Shown piece after piece: positions 13,703-13,981 of a stretch of DNA of 13,981 bases. Under the pieces are notes generated by a model. That model searched no databases, had not been told where the DNA came from, and saw only the letters and a program-made list of their open reading frames with translations. The stretch is taken from the IMG/VR virus record IMGVR_UViG_3300021400_000840, one strand, 5' to 3'. Each line of letters opens with the position of its first letter. The first letter of the stretch is position 1. The position numbers and the translations under genes are program-made. The DNA comes from a virus.

Positions 13703-13981
13703 TCACCCCTCTTTCTTACTAGGCAATTCAAATGTGTTATTTACTAATATTTCAATCCCATGATTACCACCTAATGCTTTATATTGAACGAATAAATCTT
13801 CTAAACAATATCTTGCATATTCGGGAAGATAACCTTTACTTTGATAGCTTTCACATTTAGATACTATCTGACTACGAATTATAGATAATAATCCAAGTTT
13901 CACTGCTTTATTATCTTTATATATTTTTACAATCATAGTAGTAATTCCAGTTAAAACAATTGGTATTCCCCACTTAAAAAT
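13703..13981 (-). CDS. Holin-like/lysis-module protein, partial; start lies beyond the right edge
   Basis: The frame stays open upstream of the track's Met through IFKWGIPIVLTGITT, giving a TM segment before KLGLLSIIRSQIV...YKALGGNHGIEILVNNTFELP. Confidence 0.6.
   Translation of the reverse strand: MFKWGIPIVLTGITTMIVKIYKDNKAVKLGLLSIIRSQIVSKCESYQSKGYLPEYARYCLEDLFVQYKALGGNHGIEILVNNTFELPSKKEG

Noticed and set aside
12787-13722. Plus-strand ORFs 12787..12987 and 13483..13722
   Set aside because: Antisense to the endolysin and holin; no domain support.
1-13981. Recurrence of TAGCAA as a genome-wide regulatory motif
   Set aside because: The 6-mer occurs many times, including inside coding regions, so only the longer matches (TCTAGCAA, TAGCAAACTA and the full inverted repeat) were kept.

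Overview
The window looks like a stretch of an AT-rich, low-GC Gram-positive (Firmicutes-type) temperate phage. Nearly all genes are on the minus strand, apart from a plus-strand CI/S24 repressor and tyrosine integrase. Read in minus-strand transcription order, the right edge carries a lysis module: holin-like genes and a GH25-CW_7-LysM endolysin. Next come an attP-like intergenic region, integrase and cI (both +), then a cro-like gene. The early region follows: xis-like HTH, HTH, replisome organizer, many small ORFs, a second tyrosine recombinase, a MazG-like protein, a HAD-like protein and an ArpU/RinA-like regulator. After that sit a LemA plus membrane-protein pair, a tail-assembly-chaperone-like G gene with an out-of-frame T extension, and an HNH endonuclease followed by a C/G-rich repeat region that could be cos. 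The most notable observations are: (1) an imperfect ~55-60 bp inverted repeat bracketing cro-cI, in a phage that carries two tyrosine recombinases; (2) a tail chaperone pair that appears to need a +1 (or -2) frameshift and sits away from its usual place; (3) five 11-bp arm-type direct repeats split 3+2 around a ~140 bp gap between int and lysin, suggesting an unsplit attP and a circular or non-integrated template; (4) a phage-borne LemA/membrane-protein pair; (5) a 36-aa membrane microprotein missed by the ORF track. I did not recognise a complete new defence system. All family calls come from reading the sequences by eye, with no database search.
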